In this document: piece by piece, positions 12,660 through 24,779 of the stretch
Layout: each line of letters opens with the position of its first letter
How positions within the stretch are numbered: position 1 is the stretch's first letter
Origin: Octopus vulgaris
Lineage: Eukaryota
Length of the DNA stretch: 64,000 bases
Assembly: GCA_951406725.2 (NCBI GenBank)
Contig: OX597823.1
Coordinates: forward strand, 27,280,001 to 27,344,000
Reading direction: 5' to 3'
Position numbers and translations under genes: made by a program
Notes under the pieces: generated by a model
What the model saw: only the letters and a program-made list of their open reading frames with translations
The model's database searches: none
What the model was told of the DNA's origin: nothing

Positions 12660-13390
12660 ATATCTGCAAATATAATATGTGTCAATTATTCGGTAACCAA
12701 GATAAAACTCTGAGTTTCGGATGCCGAGGTAGAAATCCACACCACCAACTTTTCAGTTATCCGGCCATCGGAAAAACGCTTTGAAAAAAGACTGTTATAC
12801 AAAGGAAAATTACTTTGTTATTGACCGCTATTTATACTAAAGCGCTATTCGAATGACCGCTAATTAAGGTAAGGCGTAAGCGCGTCTACTCATACGTATA
12901 CATGTGCACTCGCACACTCACGTGCGTACGCATACATTACTAGAAAAACGTACACATCTTCACTCGCCTCTTTCGCCAAATGCATATGCATATACATACA
13001 AACCCACACACACACACACGTAAAAGTTCATACGCACAAGCACAAAAAAACAGGGTTAAGGGTAACAATATAGAAAAAAAGCATAAGGAAGTGTACAAAG
13101 AGTAAACCTCGTTCATATCCGGACATACTCTTATGCACGAACACACAAACACACGTCCATATATGTACGTACCCGCACGCGTCTATATACGCATACACAT
13201 ACACGCACGCACAAAAAGGATTATACATACGTCTAAAAAAAAAGAAAAATTGTGTAAAAACATTGAGTAATACCAACTATATATATGTACTCGTATGCCC
13301 GGACACGCACATACACATCCTATATACATGTATAACCGCACACACGTACACATCCACACGCGCGTACAAATGATTCTATATACACGTCTA
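12660..13390 (-). mobile_element. Probable Penelope-like 3' end with decayed hammerhead
   Basis: Minus strand 12761-12701 reads gataa-CTGAAAA...catcc-GAAA-ctcagag-TT-ttatc. The adjacent CA/CG-rich tract resembles the 3' UTR at 44900-45400. Abuts a short (TA)n. Confidence 0.55.
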
Positions 13391-13392
13391 TA

Positions 13393-13697
13393 TAAAGGGT
13401 AAAGACCCCCTTCGGTCATGAATGACCATGGGATTGCACCTAGAAAGTTATCCTCCTAGACACAAGTCCGGGCAAGGTTGTTTATGGAAGGCCAGCAGTC
13501 GCCCATGCATACCAGCCTCCCCTCTCCACGCCACCAGTGTTATCCAAGGGAAAGACAAAGGTCGATACAGCTTGGCCCCAGTGACGTCGCAGCTCATTTC
13601 TACAGCTGAGTGAACTGGAGCAACGTGAAATAAAGTGCCTTGCTCGAGAACACAACGCGCAGCCCGGTCCGGGATTCGAGCTCACAACCTCACGATG
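13393..13697 (-). mobile_element. SINE family C with RTE-like tail
   Basis: Minus-strand B-box ctcgaatcccgg and ctcgagcaaggcactttatttcacgttgctccagttcactcagctg. Tail hairpin ggtcatgaatgacc; ends ggtctttacccttt. Confidence 0.75.
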
Positions 13698-14021
13698 GAA
13701 AAATGCAGGGTGGAAGGTAGTGTACAGAAAAAATAATCTATAAACCAAATTATCTATAACATATATATATATATATATATATATGAAAAAATTAAAGTAT
13801 AAGGTATAATGAGATAAAAATTTGTGCGTGGACATAATATAGAAAGCAAGTTCTATCTGTAATCTTGCGGGGACCGAAAACGTAACAAAAATTTGGTCAC
13901 ATTTCTATTATATGTAATTTTGTAGATGGTGTAATTTAATTGTTCATTTTGAATTGATAAAAGGTGTTTTTTTCTAATTTTATATATATATATATATATG
14001 TAAAATTAGAAAAAAACACCT

Positions 14022-14054
<33 letters not shown>

Positions 14055-14660
14055 GGAAATGAGACCGATAGATTAAGTAACAGGTTCAAAAATATGTACT
14101 GCGGGCAATTTGATCGACTAAGTCTTTCAATGATGTACCCTTGCATGGCTGCCGTGCAATGGCTTAAAGGAGCAAAAGGTAAAAGTCAAATAATAAAAAT
14201 ATATGTGTGTATACATACATACGTACATACACACATATATATACATACACATGTACACATACATACATACACACATGCACACATGCACACATACATACAT
14301 GCATATATTCATACATACGTATGTACACGCATATCGAGAAGCCACCAGTGTAATAAGAAAATAAGTAGAGTATAATATCATTCGAAATAGAGGAGCAAAT
14401 TTGCGAAAGAACGATGGCACGTATCGAATAAATCGCTGTCGAGAAAATCAAATTTCTAAATGCGAGTTCCATGCCTGTGTCAATTAACATGCGTGTGTGT
14501 GTGCGTGTGTATGTGTGTGTGTATGTGTGTGTGTGTATATATATATGTATGTGCTTAGGTATATATGTAAGAAAATATATACATACACACATACACACTT
14601 ATATACACACTTATATAAATATACATATTATATTCAAATATATGTATATAGATGTATATA

Positions 14661-14707
<47 letters not shown>

Positions 14708-14803
14708 TATATTCATATATATGTGTATATAGATGCATATATATATATATATACATATCATATTCATATATATGTGTATGTATGTATATACACACACATA
14801 AAT

Positions 14804-14841
<38 letters not shown>

Positions 14842-16129
14842 TCATATATATATACATATATGTGCGTGCATATGTGTGTGTGTGGGCGTGTGTGTGTGTT
14901 TGTGTGTGCATTGTAGGCAGAAAACGTCTGAAAACTTTAGTTACTTCGAGTTTCATTTCGTAATATACATTTATATATTATTCATATATCTATCGAAAAT
15001 GTCTAACAAAAGTGAGAGACTGAGACATAGATTTAGTGAGTGAGTGAGTGAGTGAGTGAGTGAGTGAGTGAGTGAGTAAAACTGGTTTCTGATGTTTGTG
15101 AAAAATTGTTTTCTTAAGTTTATGTGATGAGTGTATGTTAGTATGAATATATGTCGGAATGTGTGTGTCAGTCTTTGTAGATATGAGAACGTGTATATGT
15201 GTACGTCTGTGTATGTGAGCTTGTGAACTCATGAGTACGTATGTATGCGTGTATCTGCTTGTATATGTATATTCTTGTATGTGTATGTGTGCGTGTAAAC
15301 TTGTATATTGATATGTGCAAATGTGTGTATATCTAAATATGTGTTTTGTTATATATGTAGATATCTAGATATATGTGTGAGTGTGGGCGCGTTGGTTCGT
15401 GTGTTTGTATGGTTATAAGTGAGAATGTGGGTATGTGGTCAACTGTTTGATCCATTTATCGAACTGAAGTCGACCATAAATCAGAAAACAAATGTCAAAG
15501 TTGAAATAATAATTTTCCCTTTGTTTCGTAGCTATGTTTTCATGAGGCCATACAGACTGGGTTTTATAGCCGTGAAGTGTCAATATCTCTTCTGCTTCCA
15601 TTTAAATGATCTTCAACGGTGATGGAGTGACTACAACGGTTGAGAGGCGGAGTAAATGTTTTGTGGTAGTTAGTAACGTTCCTCGTTTATGTTCCAAATT
15701 TGACGTTTTGCTCTATTTTCTTTCAATGTTGATAAAGTTAAAACGTGCTTCGGACCGATTTCAATCTCCTATACATGTATATTGCACAAAACCTCACATT
15801 GTTCGAGAAGAAATCTTTTTATCAACATGTGAATATCTACATTTTTGCACGTCTATTGGACGTATATCTTGCATATATGTATGTCTGTGCGCGTGTGTGT
15901 ATGTCTGTGCGCGTGTGTGTATGTCTGTGTTTACGTATACACATCAGACATATATATAAACACCACAAATACACGCACACACTCACACACATACGATATA
16001 TATGTATGAATTGGTGTGTGTCCTACGTGTATGATTTCTTACATACCACATACAACAAAAGCCTAATGCTCTAAGTCTCTTAAGTGGTTTATACATAATT
16101 TTGTTGAAGCTGTTCAGGTAAAAAAAAAA

Positions 16130-17100
16130 CAAGGCCTACAATGTCTGGCAAAATTCACCATCTCCCCAGACGTTCGTGTCGTTTATTCAGCAACATACCA
16201 TCTCTAAGGATCTCACGCTATTCTGATTTTCAAACCGCAGCCGATCCTTTCCAACCATCTTAGCAGAAATTCTTATGCTTCATTTCACCACAATTGTTCT
16301 GTGAAAAGTCTTCTCACAGAGAAAGCTACCGAAATTGTTGCTTGCTTTGCATCCAACTTTATATCGCACACGGCAAATCTCTCCCAATTCTGTTCCTTCT
16401 GCTACACCATTCCATGTGCACCACTTTGCATACACACATACGAAAGTACTTTCATTGATTTAAAATGATTGCGCCATATAATTTATTCCTGTACTTAACC
16501 ATTAAATCTGTCCCTCTATTTCGGGGTTTACTTAATATTTAAAATTACTCAAAAAAATAGGTACCCTCTCTGAACTGTCGAACTATTGCCCTGTTATGCC
16601 CACTTCTGACATCTCCAAGAAAATGGAAACAACCATTTACAACGACATCTTCCAACAATTTGAAACTTTCTGTCTCTCCTTTATGGCCACGGAAGGCAGA
16701 TACAATGAAAGCTGATACAATTGTAACTGTTCTACTTTGCCACTCACCAATAGGCCCTTGCACTGAGAAATTTGGTGAAAGCTATGTTGTCCTTTTCGCC
16801 AGCAACCCTTCAATTGTGTTTGGTATGCGAATTCTTTTACGGAAAATTCCTGGATCTCGACTTCACCCATTTCTCATCTTTTAAATCGATAGCTTCCCGA
16901 CTTATGTTACTTCTGCCACCTATTGACAGAGCTCTTTCTCTTCTCCGTTCTATTAACTCTGGCATATCCTAGGGCTTACTTTTGTCTCCCTCGCTATCAG
17001 GTATATTCAAATAACCAAACACTTTCGAAATTCAGTACTCATCCAGCCATCCTTTTAGCACACCTAAGCCTGCCTCCCACATGTTAGAGCTATATTGGTT
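16130..17100 (+). pseudogene. Decayed non-LTR RT fragment
   Basis: NYCPVMPTSDISKKME (cf. NYRPISLTSHISKVME at 53479) and INSGIS*G (cf. SGVPQG). Multiple stops and frameshifts. Confidence 0.6.
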
Positions 17101-18043
17101 CTGTCGTAACATGCAACGAGTGATATTCTAACCAGGCGAAGCTCAATTATTTTCCATGTGTGAATACAGAAAATTTCATCCAGTAGGATAGAAAGACTAA
17201 GAAAGAGATATTTCAATCCTATTACATGACTGTTAGAATATTTATCAACTCCAAAATTATGAAATACAAAGGTGACATCGGCGGGATTTAAACTCGATGC
17301 AGAGAAAACCAGAACGAATACTGTAAAGCGTTCTCTCTTATGCTTTATCGCTTCCGCCAATCGACTGTTTAATTCACTCACTAGCAGCCATCCATTATCA
17401 ATTTTGAGATTCAAACCTCAGTTACAGACTTCACAGAATGCACCAATAATTGATTTCTATAAATTGAAAAAAGTTCTATAATTAAGTCACTTGTTTTCAT
17501 CCTCAAGCATATCTTCTCAGTCTAAAGGCATTTAGCTCACACCCAACGACAGACACAAAGACATACACGCACGAGTATGCGTGCGTACACAGAATAAGAA
17601 ACAATCATGCACAAACACCGCCATTTTGACAGGACTTTTCAGTTCATATTTGAAATAATGACAAAATATTTGATTCCGTTTTCTGTTTAGATTCCTCTTC
17701 GCCGCATCACAGCTTGCTGCATGCATGCACCACCACCTACCACACACGCATACGTACATACGCACGTACACACACGCGCGTGTGCGCATACATTTATGTA
17801 CACATATTCACATGAACGCTGTTGGTACCATTGGAAGAATATTTTAAACTTGATTCTAAAGAATGTCGTTTAGAATTTGATTCCATTTTACCACATAGTT
17901 CGCGTTATCAATGAACACAAAGACTTACGTACACACAACCACGCACATACACCCAAACGCTGTACACTCATTTATAAATTTAACGAAAGATTATTTTACA
18001 TATTCGTGTACACTCAAGTGTAGAAAGATCTTCGTTGTAGGAA

Positions 18044-18736
18044 TGATGTCATCGGACCGCAGTACCCGTGTCTTTACCACTCATTTTCCACGGACACCAA
18101 ATCTGTTGTTTAACCTACTAAGACTGGCTGTTCTTTTATCTAAACAGCAAATAATAAATTTGCTCAGGTGTGCAAAACTTTGTCAAACAGAAGTTAATTA
18201 ATTAGAAGCATATTACTCAATGATGATTAAAATATAGGTATGTACATTTGTTTTCAACATATTGAAAGTGCATTGAAACGTGAAAAGCCGTTCGCTGCGG
18301 AAACTGTTTCGGAGAAAAAATACTCGTCATAGATAAAGTGTGTGAAAAATACACGACGGTCTATAAAAGACGTTAATGTACCTCTAATTAAGTTCAGCTT
18401 AACAAAGTTTTGCACACATCAGTGAATGCATTATTTGTTATTTAAATACAAGAACGGCAGTTCTTAATGGACTATGAACAACGGATTCGGTGTCAGTAAT
18501 TGATGAGCATAATGATGCAGAAACATGTATTCTGCATACCGATGATATCGTTTATAGCCCAGCAATGTGTTTTTCGCACAGCGTGACTATAAGGAGAATT
18601 TCTCTACATAGATAGTTTCTGCGGCGAAAGCCATTCCACATGTTAGTGAGCACGAAGCATAGTGCTAATAATAAATGTATACACGTATATTTTAATTGTC
18701 AGTGCTGAGTATACTTCTAATTAATTAATTTCAGCT
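18044..18736. repeat. ~330-bp unit followed by an inverted, circularly permuted copy; contains a hammerhead fold
   Basis: A (18044-18200) pairs with 18380-18548, and B (18195-18372) pairs with 18545-18736. Fold at 18494-18534: cagtaa-TTGATGA-gcat-aatg-atgc-a-GAAA-catg-TA-ttctg. Confidence 0.65.
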
Positions 18737-19264
18737 TTCATTCTTCCGTGTTCGATAAAATAAGTACCAGTCAAGTACTGGAACTGACCAATCACATCGA
18801 CCCTATCCTTGAAACGAAATCTTGTGTCTAAGATAAGATTATTTTATCTAGCTGACTCTCGATATTTATCTTTCCTAAGACAGATATCTATTCTTCTACC
18901 ACCACTGAAGAATATAGCAATCATATCTTCAATACCTCATATAAAGGGGATGTGATTATTGTTTCCGACGTTTCGAGCTATCTATCGCTACCTGGGCGAC
19001 ACAAATAAGTCTTTTCACGTAGTCGCATGAACACGTACTACACTTAATTGCAAATGTCCATCAACTCGTAACCCACCGTCTGAGAAAGAGAGGCGTGGAA
19101 TAACGTGTCCCAAACCAAATGCATATAGAGAAATGAAGATCGGATTGTCCCGGCTGGAATACTTATTGTGACAGTTCTGCTGGATTAGGATTGATTTGGA
19201 GCTAAACAACAGCAAGAAAGATTTGTTAGTGGATTTGGTAGACGGAAACTGAAAGATATCCGTC

Positions 19265-19306
<42 letters not shown>

Positions 19307-19329
19307 GACGGATATCTTGATATATATAT

Positions 19330-20680
19330 ATATCAACTGTAAATCTTCAATAATATTTTTCTCAGTTAGGTTGATGTTCATTAAGCTCTCTTTGGAAGTA
19401 AGTTTATAATCCTTAGTAATTTGTTTTTTAATTAAAGAAAAATATCTTTCTGGTTTCAGATGACAAAGATATCGAGCTTTATCCGAATGAAAGAGAATTC
19501 CAGATTTAACTCTTTCAATAAAAGTCGCAATTTTTAAAGATAAGGGTTTCTTTTCGCGGAAATCGTTAGAATTTAACATTTTTAACTATATTCCAAAGTT
19601 CAGTTTCAAAATCTGCCAAAAATGGATTAAAAGATGGAATTTTTCTGGATTTAAAATTTATTTAATATGATTAAGATCAGATAAGGAATTATGTACATTA
19701 TTTACATTTGACAGATATTCGTCTTCAACTTCTTTGTTGCTAACACGTTTTATTATTATTATTATTATTATTAAGGTCATTGCCTGGACTCGAAATCTTG
19801 GGGTTAGTAGCCCGTGCTCTTAACCACTGCGCCATATGCTCGCGGCCATTTAGTGATTGAATTTTAGGGCTTATAAATCTAATATTTTCCTATTCTTCCT
19901 TAATACCGGTTCCCATATGCTATTCATATCTGCCCTTAGTCTGCTTAGGAGGTTGTTGTGTCCTAGCATATGCGCTGCTTCTTTTAGTTTTCGTATTTTC
20001 CAGTTGTGTTCTCTGTCAATTATTTTAACTTCATCCCACAGGAATGCGAACCCAGGTTCGAAATTTCCCCAAGACGCCTGATGAAGGCTGGAAGGTATAT
20101 CACCGGAAACGTTGAGTTAACAACAAACAAGATGAGGACAAATATCTGTTAAATTTAAATAATGTACTAAGATCAGTAATTAAAATACCCATTACCATTA
20201 TTCTTCTAATCGAAGTAGCATGCACGGTGAATTAGTCTTATTAAGAAACATTTTCATATATTCTTTTTTTGGTTGGTAAACGTATATCTTTTAAAGATGT
20301 GTCGATAAAAATTTCTTTCATTTCAATAAAAATCCGACGGAAGCACTCCAAACCAGTAGAATAATAGAACAAAAATAGGACTAAAAAAAATCCTGCCAGA
20401 GATCACGTAACCACTCAGTATAAAGGAATAAAGTTAAATTTCCAGCAAATAGATACCAGTAAATGTGTGTAGAATGCAAATCCCAGGTAACTCTGCGTGT
20501 ATGACAGATAGATACAGCAATCTTTATCAATCTTTATGCAGGATTTTAAGAAAGAGTTTTAATAACAATCAGTAATATGTCCAAAGAAAATCATATTCTT
20601 ATTTCAGATCACTCCTTAGGAGTCCAACAATTGTTTCAAATGCATTAAGATATATACACATATATTTTCATCAGTTATTA
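19330..20680 (-). mobile_element. Penelope-like element 5' fragment (pLTR + N-terminal ORF), interrupted at 19681-20167
   Basis: LFHSDKARYLCHLKPERYFSLIKKQITKDYK aligns with LIIPADKTGNWYRLDYQTYKSLIMRELSKKYK of the element at 46185-48487. An upstream hammerhead-like core lies at 20678-20622 (CTGATGA-aaat...attt-GAAA-caattg-TT). Confidence 0.7.
19681..20167 (+). mobile_element. ~490-bp non-coding insertion: terminal inverted repeats, hammerhead, antisense tRNA-like head
   Basis: 19691-19750 is the reverse complement of ~20107-20167. taagatcag flanks both sides (19672-19680, 20168-20176). Fold at 20073-20118: gacgc-CTGATGA-aggctgg...caccg-GAAA-cgtt-gagtt. tRNA-like head at 19836-19780 on the minus strand. 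Confidence 0.7.
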
Positions 20681-20720
20681 TAAAATAATGCTATTTCCGG
20701 TAGAAGGGTTTATTATTGGA

Positions 20721-20916
20721 AGCACTCCGTCGGTTACGGCGACGAGGGTTCCGGTTGATCCGAATCAACGGAACAGCCTGCTCGTGAAATTAACGTGTAA
20801 GTGGCTGAGCATTCCACAGACACGTGTACCCTTAATGTAGTTCTCGGGGATATTCAGCGTGACACAGAGAGCGACAAGGCCGGCCCCTTGAAATACAGGT
20901 ACAACAGAAACAGGAA
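20721..20916 (-). mobile_element. SINE family D 3' part
   Basis: Shares blocks with 5569-5700, 4620-4685 and 3795-3865. Confidence 0.75.
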
Positions 20917-21305
20917 GTAGCTTGCTAACCAACCACATGGTTCCGGGTTCAGTCCCACTGCGTGGCATCTTGGGCAAGTGTCTTCTGCTATGGCCCCGGG
21001 CCGACCAATGCCTTGTGGGTAGATTTGGTAGACGGAAACTGAAAGAAGCCTGTCGTATATATGTATACATATATATATGTGTGTGTTTGTGTGTCTGTGT
21101 TTGTCCCCCTAGCATTGCTTGACAACCGATGCTGGTGTGTTTACGTCCCCGTCACTTAGCGGTTCGGCAAAAGAGACCGATAGAATAAGTACTGAGCTTA
21201 CAAAGAATAAGTCCAGGGGGTCGATATGCTCGACTAAAGGCGGTGCTCCAGCATTGCCGCAGTCAAATGACTGAAACAAGTAAAAGAATAAAAGAGTAAA
21301 AGAGT
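20915..21305 (+). mobile_element. SINE family B, 5'-clipped
   Basis: agtagcttgctaaccaaccacatggttccgggttcagtccc...gcagtcaaatgactgaaacaagtaaaag. Confidence 0.92.
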
Positions 21306-21349
21306 ATATATATATATGCAAATTGAGATAGGGGTTGTAAATGCAACCC

Positions 21350-23832
21350 TCCATGGAATAGAACTATTAGAATAGGATATAGTATCACGAATAATCTAGC
21401 CACCATCATCTCCTCCTTCAACAACGAGAAATTGGATTGCTTCTATAATGATAGAAAGATAAACATGGGTAGTAGTGAAAATAAGTGCAATAATATCAAC
21501 AGGAATAGGGCTACGGGGATTTCTGCCAGGGTTAAATCTCCTCAATCTGTTAATGGCTGCAATTGCAGAAGCAAGAATCAATGTGTGTTTGGTAATAAAT
21601 GCCTGAGGAGAGAGGTGGTTTACCAATGCACTGTAAATACACAATATAATAGCAGGGTGTACATTGGTGCGACTAAAAATAGTCTAAAACAACGGCTAAA
21701 TTATCATGGATATACTTTTAAAAATAAAAATAGAATGAACTCTACGGGGTTAAGTACGTATATCTGGGAACTCAAGAGTAAGAACATAGATTTTAAATTA
21801 GATTGGGAAATACTAACATCTGCACCTATATACAATAGTAGAAATAAAAAATGCTCTTTATGTATCAATGAAATTTTCTTCATCATCAAAGCCGGCTAAC
21901 CCATTATTAACAGCATTAATGAGCGAAATCTTTTTTGCCTTCACAAATTGGCGTACACTTTCTCTAGATTTAAATAACATCTAATTCTTCTACCAGTAAT
22001 CTTTTAGCATTCATCTATATAGGACTGTACTATTGGTCCTTACAATTTATAATTTATAACTTCTGTGTCTACATGTATGTGTTCTACATTGATTGTTTCT
22101 GTCCCGACTGGAAAAATATACAAAAATATATAGTTATTCTGATATATGCATGATATTCGGAACCCCACAGAATCTTTTATGGGTGTAAGGTGTATTTGCG
22201 CATCATATCTTAGGGCACTAGTTTGAGTTTTTGCTATACCAATATGTAATATGTGAGAGTCCATAATTACTATAAGTTGTTTATCTCGATGAGCATATGT
22301 GTTTTTTTTTTGTTTTTTTTACGGTTGGTTTGTTGGGGGTTGTGGGATTTCTGCGGCACAGGCGTGGGCTCGGGTGGGGCTGCACCGGAGTTTGTGTGCC
22401 CGCGTGCGCATGCGCCTGAGCGTCCGCATGCGCCTGAGCGTCCGCGCAAATGCATCAACGTGTGCACTCTCGCGCGCTGTGCTTGCGGACATTCGCGTGT
22501 ACTTGTACGCGTGTTCTGGTGTGCATCTTGGTGATCGTGTGTGCGAGGGGGACGTGTGCGGGTGTGCCCGGCCATGAATTCGCCTGTCCGTGCGGGGGCG
22601 TGCATACACATGTATGTGCATGTGGGTGCATTCCGGCGTATCCACTTATACTTACTATATTAAGTTTATCTTTGTGCCCTCCTTAATTTGTATTCCATTT
22701 TATTTATCTATTTATCTATACATGGATATATATATATATTTATATATATATTTATATTTATTTATTTAATTATTTATTTTTGTTTATTTGGCACTTACTA
22801 ATCTATAGTCAATTTAATTTATAATTAATGAACTTATATCTAAATTAATAGTAACTTCTGTTTACTTTTTGTGTATGTATATATACGTCTTTGGGTTTAG
22901 GGTTAGATGTGGATGTGTATGTTTTGCTTGTGCGGTGTGGTGGAGGTCGGGCGGCTCTCAATTGACCAACTGTGAGGAAGATAATGATAATTTTAAATAC
23001 AAATCCAATAGTGTATTTATGTCATAAGGAAAATTACTAACTGGAACCCGGACATACATATGTACCACTCTGGATCCTAATGTAAGCGTTATTAATAATA
23101 TTATGAATGATAATAATGGTAACATTAATGGTATTGACAACGATAATGATGCTAACTTTAATGACACTTTAGAAATTAGTATGAAGTAATATAATGTACT
23201 ATTGACTATGTATATTTGCATCTAGGTACTAATTTGTGTATGTTTATTATCACAATATTAAGTCGAAAAACTGAGACATTGAATGTGGAACACATATATA
23301 TGTTTACTAATTTATATTATTTATTTATATCATTATGTATATGTCTATTTTTATAAGTATAGGAGTGTGAGTATATGCACTCATATGTATATGTATATGT
23401 TGTATTATGGGTATGTACCCCCACCCATGTGGGTATATATGTAGACTGATTTATATTACATAATCTCCGAAGAGGCCTTATGATATTTTTGTGAATGTCT
23501 CATTTATATTTATATATTGACCTACCATAAAAGGCTAATATTGGTAAAATGAGACATACTTATCTACATGGCCGAAACAGCTGTAAGATGTAATCTATAC
23601 TTATATTTATATTTACTTTTATTTATATTCTCTTTTATATACATTCTACTTATTATACAACATTACCCTTTTATGTACACTTTTTTATGTACATTCCTTT
23701 ATGTACACTGATTTGTTCTGCTTTTTATATTTAACCCTACAGTCTCTTATGTGGTGGTTTAATAAAGTATGTGATTGAGTATTATCTGGTAATTGATATT
23801 TGATTTAGATGTATTTCTCCATTTTCTTATCT

Positions 23833-23835
<3 letters not shown>
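21350..23835 (+). mobile_element. 5'-truncated Penelope-like element: GIY-YIG endonuclease plus long 3' UTR with hammerhead
   Basis: CNCRSKNQCVFGNKC linker, then VVYQC..VYIGAT..LKQRLNYH..IWELK..CSLCINE. In-frame TAA at 21897-21899, with homology continuing to 21977. Hammerhead at 23463-23589 and AATAAA at 23761. Ends at (TA)n. Confidence 0.9.
23463..23589 (+). ncRNA. Type-I hammerhead ribozyme fold (CCGAAGA core, long stem-II insert)
   Basis: atct-CCGAAGA-ggcc...(~90 nt)...ggcc-GAAA-cagctg-TA-agat. Palindromic stem III ACAGCTGT. Predicted cleavage after GUA (23585). Confidence 0.75.
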
Positions 23836-23895
<60 letters not shown>

Positions 23896-23962
23896 GTTAA
23901 TGCAATTGGAACAATTGTGGGATTTTGAATGTGTGATCTAAAATAAAGATAAGATTTTCGCC

Positions 23963-23994
<32 letters not shown>

Positions 23995-24091
23995 ACACGC
24001 ACACACACACACACACAAATATATATATATGTAACGCCCCAGTAAAACTACATTCAGATTGCTGACGCAAAGCACCACCTGATTTTAGGAT

Positions 24092-24127
<36 letters not shown>

Positions 24128-24132
24128 TCGTG

Positions 24133-24168
<36 letters not shown>

Positions 24169-24708
24169 TTTGTGTGTATCTGTGTGAGTGCATGTGTATG
24201 TGTGTATGTGTGTGAATATATATACGTGTATATAAGTGTGTGCATACATACATACATGTATACATATGTATATGTATGTGTATACACGCCGGAATACGAA
24301 GGGAAAGGAGGCAGCTGGGTACTGTCAGTCATTCCCTACTGACCAATGAATTAATACAATATCCTAAAGCAATTTATCATCTTTCTTTATGTTTGATATC
24401 ATTCATTATGTTTCCGTTTATTGTGTAGTTCTCTTGTAGCTATACTCGTCCTCCTAAGCTGTTTGATATCTCATATATTCTACAGTACGATAATAAATGT
24501 CACTTATGGCAACGGAGGCGCTGGAGAGGATCTCAACCTTTCCTGTCTTGTTGCTAATGTGCTTATGCACAAACACACACACACACACACTCACAACACA
24601 CACACACACATATATATACCGTACATACACATTCACACACATACATACACACACAAATATATATGCATATTTATATATATATGTATTATATATACAGACA
24701 CATTAACG

Positions 24709-24779
<71 letters not shown>

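Noticed and set aside
14037-15043. Several 100-190-aa ORFs rich in YI/CV/HT
   Set aside because: Stop-free (TA)n/(TG)n/(CA)n microsatellites. The same applies to most short ORFs in the track.
18905-18990. CTGAAGA motif as hammerhead core
   Set aside because: No matching stem II/GAAA/stem I on the same strand.
19780-19836. Functional tRNA gene
   Set aside because: The variable/T-arm region is truncated and there is no complete acceptor stem. Treated as a tRNA-derived head.
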